From the NCBI GenBank assembly GCA_002293845.1, contig DBEA01000013.1, positions 24,273 to 56,791 of the forward strand: a DNA stretch of 32,519 bases, written 5' to 3'. This stretch comes from Patescibacteria group bacterium UBA918. GTDB lineage: Bacteria; Patescibacteriota; Minisyncoccia; Phycocordibacterales; UBA918. Shown in pieces: positions 17,168 to 25,779 of this stretch. A model generated the notes under the pieces. It had not been told where the DNA came from. It searched no databases and worked only from the letters and a program-made list of their open reading frames with translations. Positions within the stretch are counted from its first letter, which is position 1. The number at the start of each line of letters is the position of its first letter. The translations under genes were made by a program, and so were the position numbers.

Positions 17168-18175
17168 ATGTCTACACGTTACGATTTTGTCGCGCTCGGC
17201 GACATTACTACCGACGCTTTCATTCAGCTGTCGGAAAAGGACGCTCGCGTGGTATGCGATATCGAGGGTAAACCGTGTCAGCTCCAAATGAACTTCGGCG
17301 ACAAATTGCCATACGAGAGCGTGACCGTGGTCCCGGCGGTCGGCAATAGTCCTAATGCCGCGGTCGCGGCCCACCGATTAGGACTGCGATCGGCGTTAGT
17401 TACCAATCTCGGACACGATCGTAACGGTAAAGACTGTTTGGATGCCTTGCGGAGCGAAGGCATCGCCACTGAATTCGTCAAGATCCACGAGCGTAAACTT
17501 ACGAACTACCATTATGTTCTCCGGCTGGGAGCAGAACGTACGATTCTCATAAAGCACGAAGAGTATCCTTACACACTGCCTGACTTTCGGGAGTCACCTA
17601 AATACCTTTACTTTTCTTCGATCGGCGAATCCGGCGTCGAATTTCATCATGAAGTGGCCGAATATGTGAAGCGCAACAAAGAAACCAAGTTGGTATTTCA
17701 ACCGGGCACCTTTCAGATACGGTTGGGGGCCAAAGAGTTGGCCGACCTCTACGCGGTCACCGATATTTTCTTTTGCAATAAAGAGGAAGCGCAAAACATC
17801 TTAAAGACCAAAGAGGATCATTTTCCGAAACTCTTAAAAGGCCTCAAGGATTTGGGCCCACGGCTACCGGTCATTACCGACGGGCCTAAGGGCGCGTACG
17901 TGACCGATGAGCAGGGTGTGACTTGGCACATGCCGATGTATCCGGATCCGAAAGAGCCGGTCGACCGCACCGGCGCGGGAGACTCGTTTTCGTCCACTTT
18001 CACCGCGGCGATCGCTCTCGGTAAAACTCCCGCCGAAGCTCTAGCCTGGGGACCGATCAATTCCATGTCCGTCGTTCAATACATCGGCGCCCAAGCGGGA
18101 CTTTTGACCAGAGAAAAACTCGAAGAGCTTTTGAGAGACGCGCCCTCAAACTACGCGCCCAAAAAAGTCGTTTGA
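17168..18175 (+). CDS. PfkB/ribokinase-family carbohydrate kinase
   Basis: GNSPNAAV...RLG, N(K)EEA, TDGPKG and the DRTGAGDSF signature. TACACT lies 6 nt before ATG 17168. Confidence 0.92.
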   Translation: MSTRYDFVALGDITTDAFIQLSEKDARVVCDIEGKPCQLQMNFGDKLPYESVTVVPAVGNSPNAAVAAHRLGLRSALVTNLGHDRNGKDCLDALRSEGIATEFVKIHERKLTNYHYVLRLGAERTILIKHEEYPYTLPDFRESPKYLYFSSIGESGVEFHHEVAEYVKRNKETKLVFQPGTFQIRLGAKELADLYAVTDIFFCNKEEAQNILKTKEDHFPKLLKGLKDLGPRLPVITDGPKGAYVTDEQGVTWHMPMYPDPKEPVDRTGAGDSFSSTFTAAIALGKTPAEALAWGPINSMSVVQYIGAQAGLLTREKLEELLRDAPSNYAPKKVV

Positions 18176-18690
18176 TCTCGTGTTCGCAAAAACTCTTCCA
18201 GAAAAGCGACCTCCCTTTTCAAAATAAAGTGCCCTTCATATTTGCCAGGAACATCGGTTTTCATTTTTTCTAAAACCTCTATCGGATCCAACCAGAGAGT
18301 CACTTGCCCTTCCTCTATTTCTTCCGCTTCAAGCTTGGGCTGACCGACGGCACCGACTACCTCGGCCAAGTAGCAATATGAAATATGCAATAAACTGTAT
18401 TTGTTCCGATACTCGATAACTACGCCGACAGGTCGCAATATCCTACAATCGCATCCGACCTCCTCTAAAACCTCGCGACGTAAAGCTCGTTCGATACTTT
18501 CTCCATCGTCCACTCCACCGCCGGGAAGTTTGTGGAAGGTGTATTTCTCTAGATATTGCGTAGCCATATTGCCCGAAGTATCCAGCAAGATAGCTCTGGC
18601 GCTTTTGCGCAAAACGTAGTCACTTTTCAGTCGCTCAAACCCGCCGTCGAGGCCGATGCTTCCATCGCTCAACTCCGCCAACAATTTCAT
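18151..18690 (-). CDS. NUDIX hydrolase
   Basis: Nudix box GGGVDDGESIERALRREVLEEVG. Confidence 0.92.
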   Translation of the reverse strand: MKLLAELSDGSIGLDGGFERLKSDYVLRKSARAILLDTSGNMATQYLEKYTFHKLPGGGVDDGESIERALRREVLEEVGCDCRILRPVGVVIEYRNKYSLLHISYCYLAEVVGAVGQPKLEAEEIEEGQVTLWLDPIEVLEKMKTDVPGKYEGHFILKREVAFLEEFLRTRDQTTFLGA

Positions 18691-18697
18691 GGCTGGA

Positions 18698-19708
18698 TTA
18701 TAGCACCTTCAGTTTCTCTCTTGAAAAAGCGTTCTTGACCGTCTCGACTACGGTCTTTCTGTCCATACCATAATGCGCGACGAGCTCCTCAGGTTCGCCT
18801 GACTGTCCAAACTCGTCATGTACGCCCAATCGCACTATCTTTACCGGTCGCCTCTCGCTCAAAAATTCGGCGACCGCACCACCTAATCCTCCGGCTACTT
18901 GATGCTCCTCGAGTGTGATCAAAAGATCGCTCTCTTCGGCCAACCTGACCAAAGCGCTCTCATCTAAAGGTTTGATCGTCGGCATATGAAGTACTGAAAC
19001 GCCGAACCCGGCCTCGTTCAATTCTTTGGCGGCACACAAGGCCTCGTACAGCAGCGAGCCGGTCGTGACGATGCCGGTACGATTCCTGGCGGACGAGTCG
19101 GGTTCCATGAGCAGTTGCGCTTTACCGAGCTCGAACGGCGAACCGGTAGTAGTGACCACGGGCACCGGCGAGCGGCCGAGACGAATGTACACGGGCCCTT
19201 TATGCGCGGCGGCGAATAAAACCGCTTTCTTGGCCTCATGAGTGTCGGCCGGTGCTATCACTATCATATTTGGCATGACCCGCATGATGGCGATGTCTTC
19301 TATGGCTTGGTGTGTAGCTCCATCGGGACCTACGGATACGCCGCTGTGCGCGCCAATGATCTTTACGTTCTGGTCATTGTAAGCGACGGTGGTACGAATC
19401 TGTTCCCAGTTTCGTCCAGGTGAAAACATGGCGTAAGAAGCGATAAAGGGCACTTTACCGACAGCCGCCAAACCAGAAGCGACCGAGGCCATGTTTTGTT
19501 CCGCCACACCACACTGGACGAACCTGTCCGGAAATGCCTCCGCGAACAAATTGACGCGAGTCGACTCGGTTAAGTCTGCAGACAGCGCCACTACTTGCGA
19601 ATCTTTTTGTCCGGCCGCCAAAAGACCCTCTCCGAAACCGTCACGATTAGGTGCTTTTTCGAGTTTGTCGGTAAATATGTTTGGGTTCAAATGATTCGCA
19701 AGTTTCAT
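18698..19708 (-). CDS. tktC: Transketolase, C-terminal (pyrimidine-binding) subunit
   Basis: SADLTES, GVAEQNM, GPDGATHQAIED, GPVYIRLGR, EEHQ..GGLG. Confidence 0.94.
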   Translation of the reverse strand: MKLANHLNPNIFTDKLEKAPNRDGFGEGLLAAGQKDSQVVALSADLTESTRVNLFAEAFPDRFVQCGVAEQNMASVASGLAAVGKVPFIASYAMFSPGRNWEQIRTTVAYNDQNVKIIGAHSGVSVGPDGATHQAIEDIAIMRVMPNMIVIAPADTHEAKKAVLFAAAHKGPVYIRLGRSPVPVVTTTGSPFELGKAQLLMEPDSSARNRTGIVTTGSLLYEALCAAKELNEAGFGVSVLHMPTIKPLDESALVRLAEESDLLITLEEHQVAGGLGGAVAEFLSERRPVKIVRLGVHDEFGQSGEPEELVAHYGMDRKTVVETVKNAFSREKLKVL

Positions 19709-19965
19709 CCCGTTAGAGTTAGGAAGCGCTTGAGTCTGTTTTTTAGATAACGTTTGCCTGTGCCGGTCTTGAGATACACTTCTCTCGCAACGGCGTCGTC
19801 TCTATCAAGGCTTGCTTCATAGTAAATTAATTCCCATGGTACTCCCCTTTTTGTCCACGTCGAGCGTTTACTGTTATGTTGATTCAAACGCTTCCGCAGG
19901 TCATCGGTACTACCAGTGTACCAGATTCCCGATCTCTCGCTTTTGAGTACATATACATAATACAT
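19705..19965 (-). CDS. Stand-alone GIY-YIG endonuclease (86 aa, UPF0213/SLX1-like)
   Basis: YYVYVL.S....WYTGST.DL.KRL.QHN...T...PWELIYYE......A..RE..LK; catalytic Tyr/Arg/His/Glu positions present. Confidence 0.92.
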   Translation of the reverse strand: MYYVYVLKSERSGIWYTGSTDDLRKRLNQHNSKRSTWTKRGVPWELIYYEASLDRDDAVAREVYLKTGTGKRYLKNRLKRFLTLTG

Positions 19966-19987
19966 AACTTGTTAAACTCTAACGGGA
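19708..19987 (-). mobile_element. Candidate 280-bp GIY-YIG-carrying insertion element at the tktC start codon
   Basis: 13-bp perfect TIRs TCCCGTTAGAGTT (19708-19720) / AACTCTAACGGGA (19975-19987); direct repeat TTCA at 19704-19707 and 19988-19991. Confidence 0.8.
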
Positions 19988-19994
19988 TTCATAT

Positions 19995-20891
19995 TCATTT
20001 GTCTTCGCTATTCGTCAAACTACCTGAAAGGGTGCGGAGCTTACGTAACGCTTCCTTAGCTTGATCTCCTTTCTTGACCCTGTTCTCTGGACCCTTTCCG
20101 GGAGGATTGCCGTGCCAGTGAAAGTCGCGTTCGAATATGTCCACTCCCTTTCCCGGTATGGTATGGGCGATGATGACCGAAGGTTGACTATAGACTGCCT
20201 GCGCTTTGCCGATGGCATCGGCTACCATACGAATATTGTGACCGTCGATCTCCTGCACGTCGAAATTCCACGACTCGAACTTTTCTCTAAGCGGCTCGAG
20301 CGGCATGACATCTTCGGTATATCCGTCGATCTGGATAGCGTTTCTATCGACAATGACGATAAGGTTGTGTAAGCGTTCCTTTCCGGCCAGCATTGCCGCT
20401 TCCCAACTCTGACCCTCTTGTAGTTCCCCGTCGCTCATGAGGCAATACACATATTGGGACGTGTAGGGATTGTCCATCCTGAGTCCCATAGCCATCCCGA
20501 CGGCCTGCGACAACCCGCTTCCGAGCGGACCAGAACTTGTTTCGATGCCAGGTAAAGAACCGCGATGCGGGTGGCCTTGTAGTCTCGACCCGAATTTGCG
20601 CAGAGTCAAAAGCTCAGTCGTGTCGAAGTAGCCACGATGCGCCAAAGTGGCGTACAAGACCGGACAGATGTGTCCATTGCTCAAAACTAGGCGATCGCGT
20701 TCCGGCCAATCGGGATTCTTGGGGTCCTGTCTCAAAACGCTGAAATACAAAAGAGTGAATATGTCCGCCATTCCCAATGGCCCGGCCGTGTGGCCGCTCC
20801 CGGCCGCCACCAGCATTTCTATGACGCTCTGCCTGATCTCCGCGGCCTTGGCCTCGAGCTTGTCGACTTCAGAGTCCGATAGATAGTACAT
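19995..20891 (-). CDS. tktN: Transketolase, N-terminal (TPP-binding) subunit
   Basis: GSGH.AG, DRLVLSNGH, LQGHP, SGPLGSGLS, SDGELQEG..WEA, DRN. Confidence 0.94.
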   Translation of the reverse strand: MYYLSDSEVDKLEAKAAEIRQSVIEMLVAAGSGHTAGPLGMADIFTLLYFSVLRQDPKNPDWPERDRLVLSNGHICPVLYATLAHRGYFDTTELLTLRKFGSRLQGHPHRGSLPGIETSSGPLGSGLSQAVGMAMGLRMDNPYTSQYVYCLMSDGELQEGQSWEAAMLAGKERLHNLIVIVDRNAIQIDGYTEDVMPLEPLREKFESWNFDVQEIDGHNIRMVADAIGKAQAVYSQPSVIIAHTIPGKGVDIFERDFHWHGNPPGKGPENRVKKGDQAKEALRKLRTLSGSLTNSEDK

Positions 20892-20920
20892 CGCTTTGAT
20901 TATAACTCCCGTTCAAAATT

Positions 20921-21562
20921 TTAAGCGATGATTTTCAACAGTTTTTGATATTCAAGAAATGGATCGACAGCATTCTGAATGACTGAACCAACGACGAAGC
21001 GGGAAGCCCCAGCCTCCTTTAAGCTTGTTATCGTTTCAAAACTGACACCGCCATCGACGCTTATGGGAGTATGAGGAAACAAGGAAGACATCTCGATGAT
21101 CCTATCGAGCACTCTCTCATCGAACGGTTGGCCTTGAGAGCCAATACTCTTGATCCCCATCAGCTGTACGAAATCGAGCGAGTCGACATATTTATAGAGC
21201 GTCTCCATCGGCGTGTCGTTGGTGATGGAGAAAGCTATCTGGACGTCGCTTCCCTCTACGAGCTCCAGGGCCTCACTCGGGTTTAAAAGACCCTCAAGAT
21301 GAAAAACTAGCGCACTCGCCCCCGCGGCCATCCATTCCGCCGCCGCTTTAATAGGCTCTTCCACCATCAGATCGATCTCCGCCTTTATCGTAGAGATCGC
21401 ATCCCGAGCGTCAGAGACATCTCCGTAGGGCTCGTAAGGCCAAGATCTGTGAGGGACGAATCTACCATCGACCACGTCGATCTGCCAATTTTCTACCGGC
21501 AACTTAGCCAAGGACTCTTTCAAGTGATCCAAAGATCTGGGAATGATGGCTGGTGTGATCAT
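20921..21562 (-). CDS. rpe: Ribulose-phosphate 3-epimerase
   Basis: ITPAI, IDVVDGRFVP, DLMV..P, FHLE, QLM...GSQGQPF, VDGGV, VVGS. Confidence 0.85.
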   Translation of the reverse strand: MITPAIIPRSLDHLKESLAKLPVENWQIDVVDGRFVPHRSWPYEPYGDVSDARDAISTIKAEIDLMVEEPIKAAAEWMAAGASALVFHLEGLLNPSEALELVEGSDVQIAFSITNDTPMETLYKYVDSLDFVQLMGIKSIGSQGQPFDERVLDRIIEMSSLFPHTPISVDGGVSFETITSLKEAGASRFVVGSVIQNAVDPFLEYQKLLKIIA

Positions 21563-21581
21563 AAAAGTTTATATGCGCCGA

Positions 21582-22031
21582 CTACATGGCCTCGATCTTG
21601 GCCAGACGACGATCGTGTCGCTCATCGCCTGAAAAAGGAGTATCTAGCCATAGACGCAAAGCCTCTTTAGCCTCGTCCTCCGTCAAAAACCTGGCCCCGA
21701 GAGACAAAACGTTCGCGTCATTATGCTCTCGACTTAAAGTGATTATGTCCGTCGGACCGCCATAATAGACGGCAGCGCGTACGTTAGCGAATCGATTGGC
21801 CACGATAGCCTCGCCTTGACCCGAACCGCCCACGACCACGGCGAGCGACTCCTCGGGGTCCATCGAGACGGCCTCTGCGGCCACGCTCACGAAATCAGGA
21901 TAATCGTCTGCCTCATCGTAGTCGAAAGCCCCACAATCCTCGACTTCGAGACCTAAGTCCACATCGGTCATTTTCATCAATGAATTTTTCAATTCGAATC
22001 CGGCATGATCGCTGGCAAAATAGATCTTCAT
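21582..22031 (-). CDS. rpiB: Ribose-5-phosphate isomerase B
   Basis: SDHAGFELK, DDYP, GGSGQGE, REHNDANVL, RHDRR. Confidence 0.94.
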   Translation of the reverse strand: MKIYFASDHAGFELKNSLMKMTDVDLGLEVEDCGAFDYDEADDYPDFVSVAAEAVSMDPEESLAVVVGGSGQGEAIVANRFANVRAAVYYGGPTDIITLSREHNDANVLSLGARFLTEDEAKEALRLWLDTPFSGDERHDRRLAKIEAM

Positions 22032-22103
22032 ATGATCTTTGTTTAAATGTCTTGGGTGAGCGTTTGGTAATGGCGACAGAGCTTATCGGATTGTAGCACG
22101 GCG

Positions 22104-23120
22104 TCAAACGACCTTGCACACGGCCGCCAAGTGCTCACAAAGAGTATGTACGTAGGAGGCTTCGTTGTCATACCAAGCCAGAACCTTCACCAGATCGCCA
22201 TCGACCACCTGGGTCATGGAAAGATCGGCGATGGCGCCATAGCGAGCGCCGATAATATCGGAAGAGACCAAAGCTTCGTTCGTGACAGTGAAAACTTTGC
22301 CCCAACGTTCGGAGGCGGCCGCTTCGGTCAATAGCTTGTTCACCTCTTCGACAGTGGTCTTACGGCTAGCTAAGAAAGTCACGTCGACGATGGATCCGAC
22401 CGGGACCGGCACACGGATCGAAATACCGTCGAACTTTCCGACCAAGTCGGGATACGCCAAGGTGGTGGCGATCGCCGCTCCGGTGGTCGACGGAATGATA
22501 TTTTGGGCGGCGGCACGACCTTCGCGCAGGTCCTTCTTGCTCGGCCCGTCGACTAACGACTGCGAGGCGGTGTAGGCATGTACGGTATTCAAGATCGCCT
22601 TTTGTATGCCGATCGATTCCTTCAGGATGCCGATCAAAGGGGACGCGGCATTGGTGGTACAAGAAGCGTTCGAAGTAATCGGGACCGAGGCGATCTCGCC
22701 TTCGTTGGCGCCGATAAGAACGGTTTTGCCGCTGTCGCTCGCCTCTTTGACCGGCGCGGTGATGATGACTCTTTTTGCTCCGGCCTCAAGATGGGCCTTG
22801 GACTTGTCATAACTAGTGAATACCCCGGTCGACTCTATGACCACATCGATACCAAGCTCCTTCCACGGCAAAGCGGCCGGATCTTTTTCGTGCGTTACCT
22901 TGACCTCGCGCCCGTTTATCTTTAGAGAATCTCCTTGGATCGCTACTTCAAAACCCGCATGTCCATAGACAGTATCGTAGCGAAGGAGGTAAGAAAGATT
23001 TTCCACGGCCCCAAGATCGTTGACCGCGACTATCTCATAATCTTCTCTTCCTTCGGACATCCGAAAAAAGGTGCGCCCGATACGGCCAAAACCATTAATG
23101 GCCACTTTCACTTTACTCAT
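22104..23120 (-). CDS. gap: Glyceraldehyde-3-phosphate dehydrogenase (type I)
   Basis: INGFGRIGR, NASCTTN, WYDNE. Confidence 0.97.
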   Translation of the reverse strand: MSKVKVAINGFGRIGRTFFRMSEGREDYEIVAVNDLGAVENLSYLLRYDTVYGHAGFEVAIQGDSLKINGREVKVTHEKDPAALPWKELGIDVVIESTGVFTSYDKSKAHLEAGAKRVIITAPVKEASDSGKTVLIGANEGEIASVPITSNASCTTNAASPLIGILKESIGIQKAILNTVHAYTASQSLVDGPSKKDLREGRAAAQNIIPSTTGAAIATTLAYPDLVGKFDGISIRVPVPVGSIVDVTFLASRKTTVEEVNKLLTEAAASERWGKVFTVTNEALVSSDIIGARYGAIADLSMTQVVDGDLVKVLAWYDNEASYVHTLCEHLAAVCKVV

Positions 23121-23177
23121 CGACCTATTGTATAACAGGCCGCGGCAAAGCGGCTGTTGATAGTCACCGCTTTAAAA

Positions 23178-23906
23178 CTAAAAATACTTAGGTACTCCCG
23201 CCGTCGCGCGCTCGATCTCGATGTCGTCGAAGCGCCCGAGTTGGGTCACCAATATAGATCCTTGCTTCACGGATTCCAATACCGCCAAAAAACCGACGAT
23301 GTACGTGTGTTTTTCCGAAGAGTTCGCGACCAACTCGCTAAACTTCAATTTGAGTTGCTTTTCGATGCGACGGTGCAGACTGTCTATCATCTCCTCTAAA
23401 GAGATGACTTTTTTGACTTGCACCTTGGGCCTCTCGATCTTGATCGGAAGTTCTAGCAGAACGTCTCGCATGGCTTTCAACAAAGCCGACCTGTCACAGA
23501 ACTCATCGGGTTTGAACACGGGTTTGGTGGATGGCGTATAGCTCCGTTCGTGCATGACGCATTTGCCAAAGTGCTCGGCGATGCGGCCAGCCGCGTCACG
23601 ATATATTTGATACAGGCGCAAGCGCTCTTCGAGGTCTTCGATACTACCCTCCTCTTCTTCGGTGAGCTCAAGTACCGGTAGTAGAGATCGCGATTTTATG
23701 AGAAGCAAAGTGGCTGCAAGCGCCACGAAGTTCGCAGTATCCGGCAGTGACAATTCCTGCATCCGCGACACGTGGGCCATGTATTCGTCGGTCACGGCCG
23801 CGAGAGAGATGTCGTTGATGAGCAGTTTGCGTTTCTCGACCAATTCCAAAAGCAGTTCGAGCGGACCCTCGAACACCTCGGTTTTAATGGAAAAATCTGC
23901 CGGCAC
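23178..23906 (-). CDS. scpA: Segregation and condensation protein A
   Basis: FEGPLELLLELV, ISLA.VTDEY, AATLLLIKSRSLLP, FLAVLE..KQG. Confidence 0.92.
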   Translation of the reverse strand: MPADFSIKTEVFEGPLELLLELVEKRKLLINDISLAAVTDEYMAHVSRMQELSLPDTANFVALAATLLLIKSRSLLPVLELTEEEEGSIEDLEERLRLYQIYRDAAGRIAEHFGKCVMHERSYTPSTKPVFKPDEFCDRSALLKAMRDVLLELPIKIERPKVQVKKVISLEEMIDSLHRRIEKQLKLKFSELVANSSEKHTYIVGFLAVLESVKQGSILVTQLGRFDDIEIERATAGVPKYF

Positions 23907-23919
23907 GTGGTTTATTCTA

Positions 23920-24552
23920 TCATTTCTCGGACCTGAAATAGCCCTCCTCCAGCATGAACCGGCTCAGTACGTCATTGAATCTCTTGATATAAGGGAACTC
24001 TTCGACATACTTATCCTTGATACTTCGACTTTGCTCATAAGTGACGTTCGTCTGCTTGCAAATTTCTTTGCCGTTCTCATTGATCAAGTGGAACAGGGGT
24101 TCGATCTTATCAATGGCTTTTACAAAGCGAGATTCAATTGTAGTTTGTTGTTCGTACTCCAGAAGATAAGAGGTGGCTTGTTCCTTCAATAAATCTGGCA
24201 ATAATTTAAGTACTTCTATTTGCGCATCATACTCTTTCTCTCTGTCAGCGTCGGTCTTCAAATACCCGATCCTGTCTCCGGTCAGAATCTCATCTATGTC
24301 GTGATAGAGGGACATCAGCTGTATACTCCGAAGATCCCACTGATCGGTTTGTTCCAGCTGTAAAAAGTAATCAACAAGTACCAGCATTCCATATACGTGT
24401 TCGGCGACCGATTCTGTGTCTATATCTTCTTCACGAGTATGATGATAGCGAATAACCCGTTTCATCCTAAACAGGACCTGGATCTTTTTCATCTCATCGA
24501 GGATAAAGTCGTCATCCTCCAATATTCTTTTACGTATCTCTTCCAAGTTCAT
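23920..24552 (-). CDS. HD-domain phosphohydrolase (YfbR/HDDC2-like)
   Basis: K.V.R...ESVAEH, LYHDIDE..TGD, ESRFVKAIDK. Confidence 0.88.
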   Translation of the reverse strand: MNLEEIRKRILEDDDFILDEMKKIQVLFRMKRVIRYHHTREEDIDTESVAEHVYGMLVLVDYFLQLEQTDQWDLRSIQLMSLYHDIDEILTGDRIGYLKTDADREKEYDAQIEVLKLLPDLLKEQATSYLLEYEQQTTIESRFVKAIDKIEPLFHLINENGKEICKQTNVTYEQSRSIKDKYVEEFPYIKRFNDVLSRFMLEEGYFRSEK

Positions 24553-25778
24553 ATCGTGAATCGGCCCTTTTTGTATATAACTTTTTTAGTGCCATCGCTT
24601 AAAGTGGCGGTGACGGTGCGGTCGGTCGTCGAAATGATGTCGGAATGCACCACGGAGTTGTTGAAGCCGAGCTTTTCCCACTCCGCGTCCGTATTCGGTT
24701 TAGGGTTTCCCAGATAACCTTCGCGATAGGCGCTACCGAGGGCGATGTGCGTATTTCCGTATCTCCCGCCGATATTCTCATCGTACAACGTTTCGGCCAT
24801 GAATTTGGTGATGCGCGAGTGCCGCGCGTCGGTCAAAGACACTTCACCGAGCATGTTACCACCAGGAGTTTTCAGCATGGCCTTTAGGAGGTCATGATTT
24901 TTAGTGGCACTCGAACGAACGACCTTACCTCCCTTAAACCACAACTCGATGCCCTCGATCTTCTTGCCATAGTGATAGTGCGGCTGGTTAAAACGCGCCC
25001 AGCCTTCGGTTACAAGGCGATTCGGACTGGTGAACACCTCATAAGAAGGAATGTTGTTGCCCCCACCCGCCATCCATTTGCGATCATGACCTACGCCGAC
25101 CTTAAGATCCATGTCAGGTCCTTCGAAGTGTAGCGACTCTATTCTCATGGCCGTCAACCGGCTCGCCAGTTTTTGTACCGAATCGTTTATGCCCTTCCAA
25201 GTTCGCACTGGGTTAGCGTCATTGAGATAGCAGGCATTTATGATCTGCTTCCAAAAATCCTTAAGCGACATCCCCGCCTCCTTGGCGGCGGCCTCGGTGC
25301 CGTACATGGCGATGGTCCAACAAAGCTTGCCGGCATCTATCTTTTCGAATTTCCAATCCTTGGCCTGCTTCTGCGCCAACGAACGACGCAGAACCTTTTT
25401 AGGGTCGACTTCCTTCAAAGCATGTGCATCGGTATCGGCGATGATGAATATGGTGCCGTCGATCTGGTCGATGAGGCCGCGGTGAAAACTGTCCGCAAAG
25501 AACTCTACTTGAGCGGGATTAGCGATGTCGAAAAAGTTTTTGTCGAAGTTGTACTCCGGAGAATTCGACGGCAAAAACACGCCCAGTGGGTGATGGTCAT
25601 TCCTTAAGATGGCTTTTTGCAAGTGAAAGTAGAGCGGCTTAGCGACTTCAGGCACTATGAACTGCACCACCGATCCCTTTTTGAGGGGTTTACCCTCGCG
25701 AGTCTGCAGACCGAACCTAACTATCAGCTCGGCATATTTTTCTAAAAATTTTTCGGGCGGGGTGTAGGATTCTTTCAT
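24549..25778 (-). CDS. Aminopeptidase, M29 (AmpS/PepS) family
   Basis: LEKYA, NIPSYEVFTSP, LGEV, LYDEN.G...H.ALG..Y, N.S.VH.D. Confidence 0.92.
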   Translation of the reverse strand: MKESYTPPEKFLEKYAELIVRFGLQTREGKPLKKGSVVQFIVPEVAKPLYFHLQKAILRNDHHPLGVFLPSNSPEYNFDKNFFDIANPAQVEFFADSFHRGLIDQIDGTIFIIADTDAHALKEVDPKKVLRRSLAQKQAKDWKFEKIDAGKLCWTIAMYGTEAAAKEAGMSLKDFWKQIINACYLNDANPVRTWKGINDSVQKLASRLTAMRIESLHFEGPDMDLKVGVGHDRKWMAGGGNNIPSYEVFTSPNRLVTEGWARFNQPHYHYGKKIEGIELWFKGGKVVRSSATKNHDLLKAMLKTPGGNMLGEVSLTDARHSRITKFMAETLYDENIGGRYGNTHIALGSAYREGYLGNPKPNTDAEWEKLGFNNSVVHSDIISTTDRTVTATLSDGTKKVIYKKGRFTI

Positions 25779-25779
25779 T

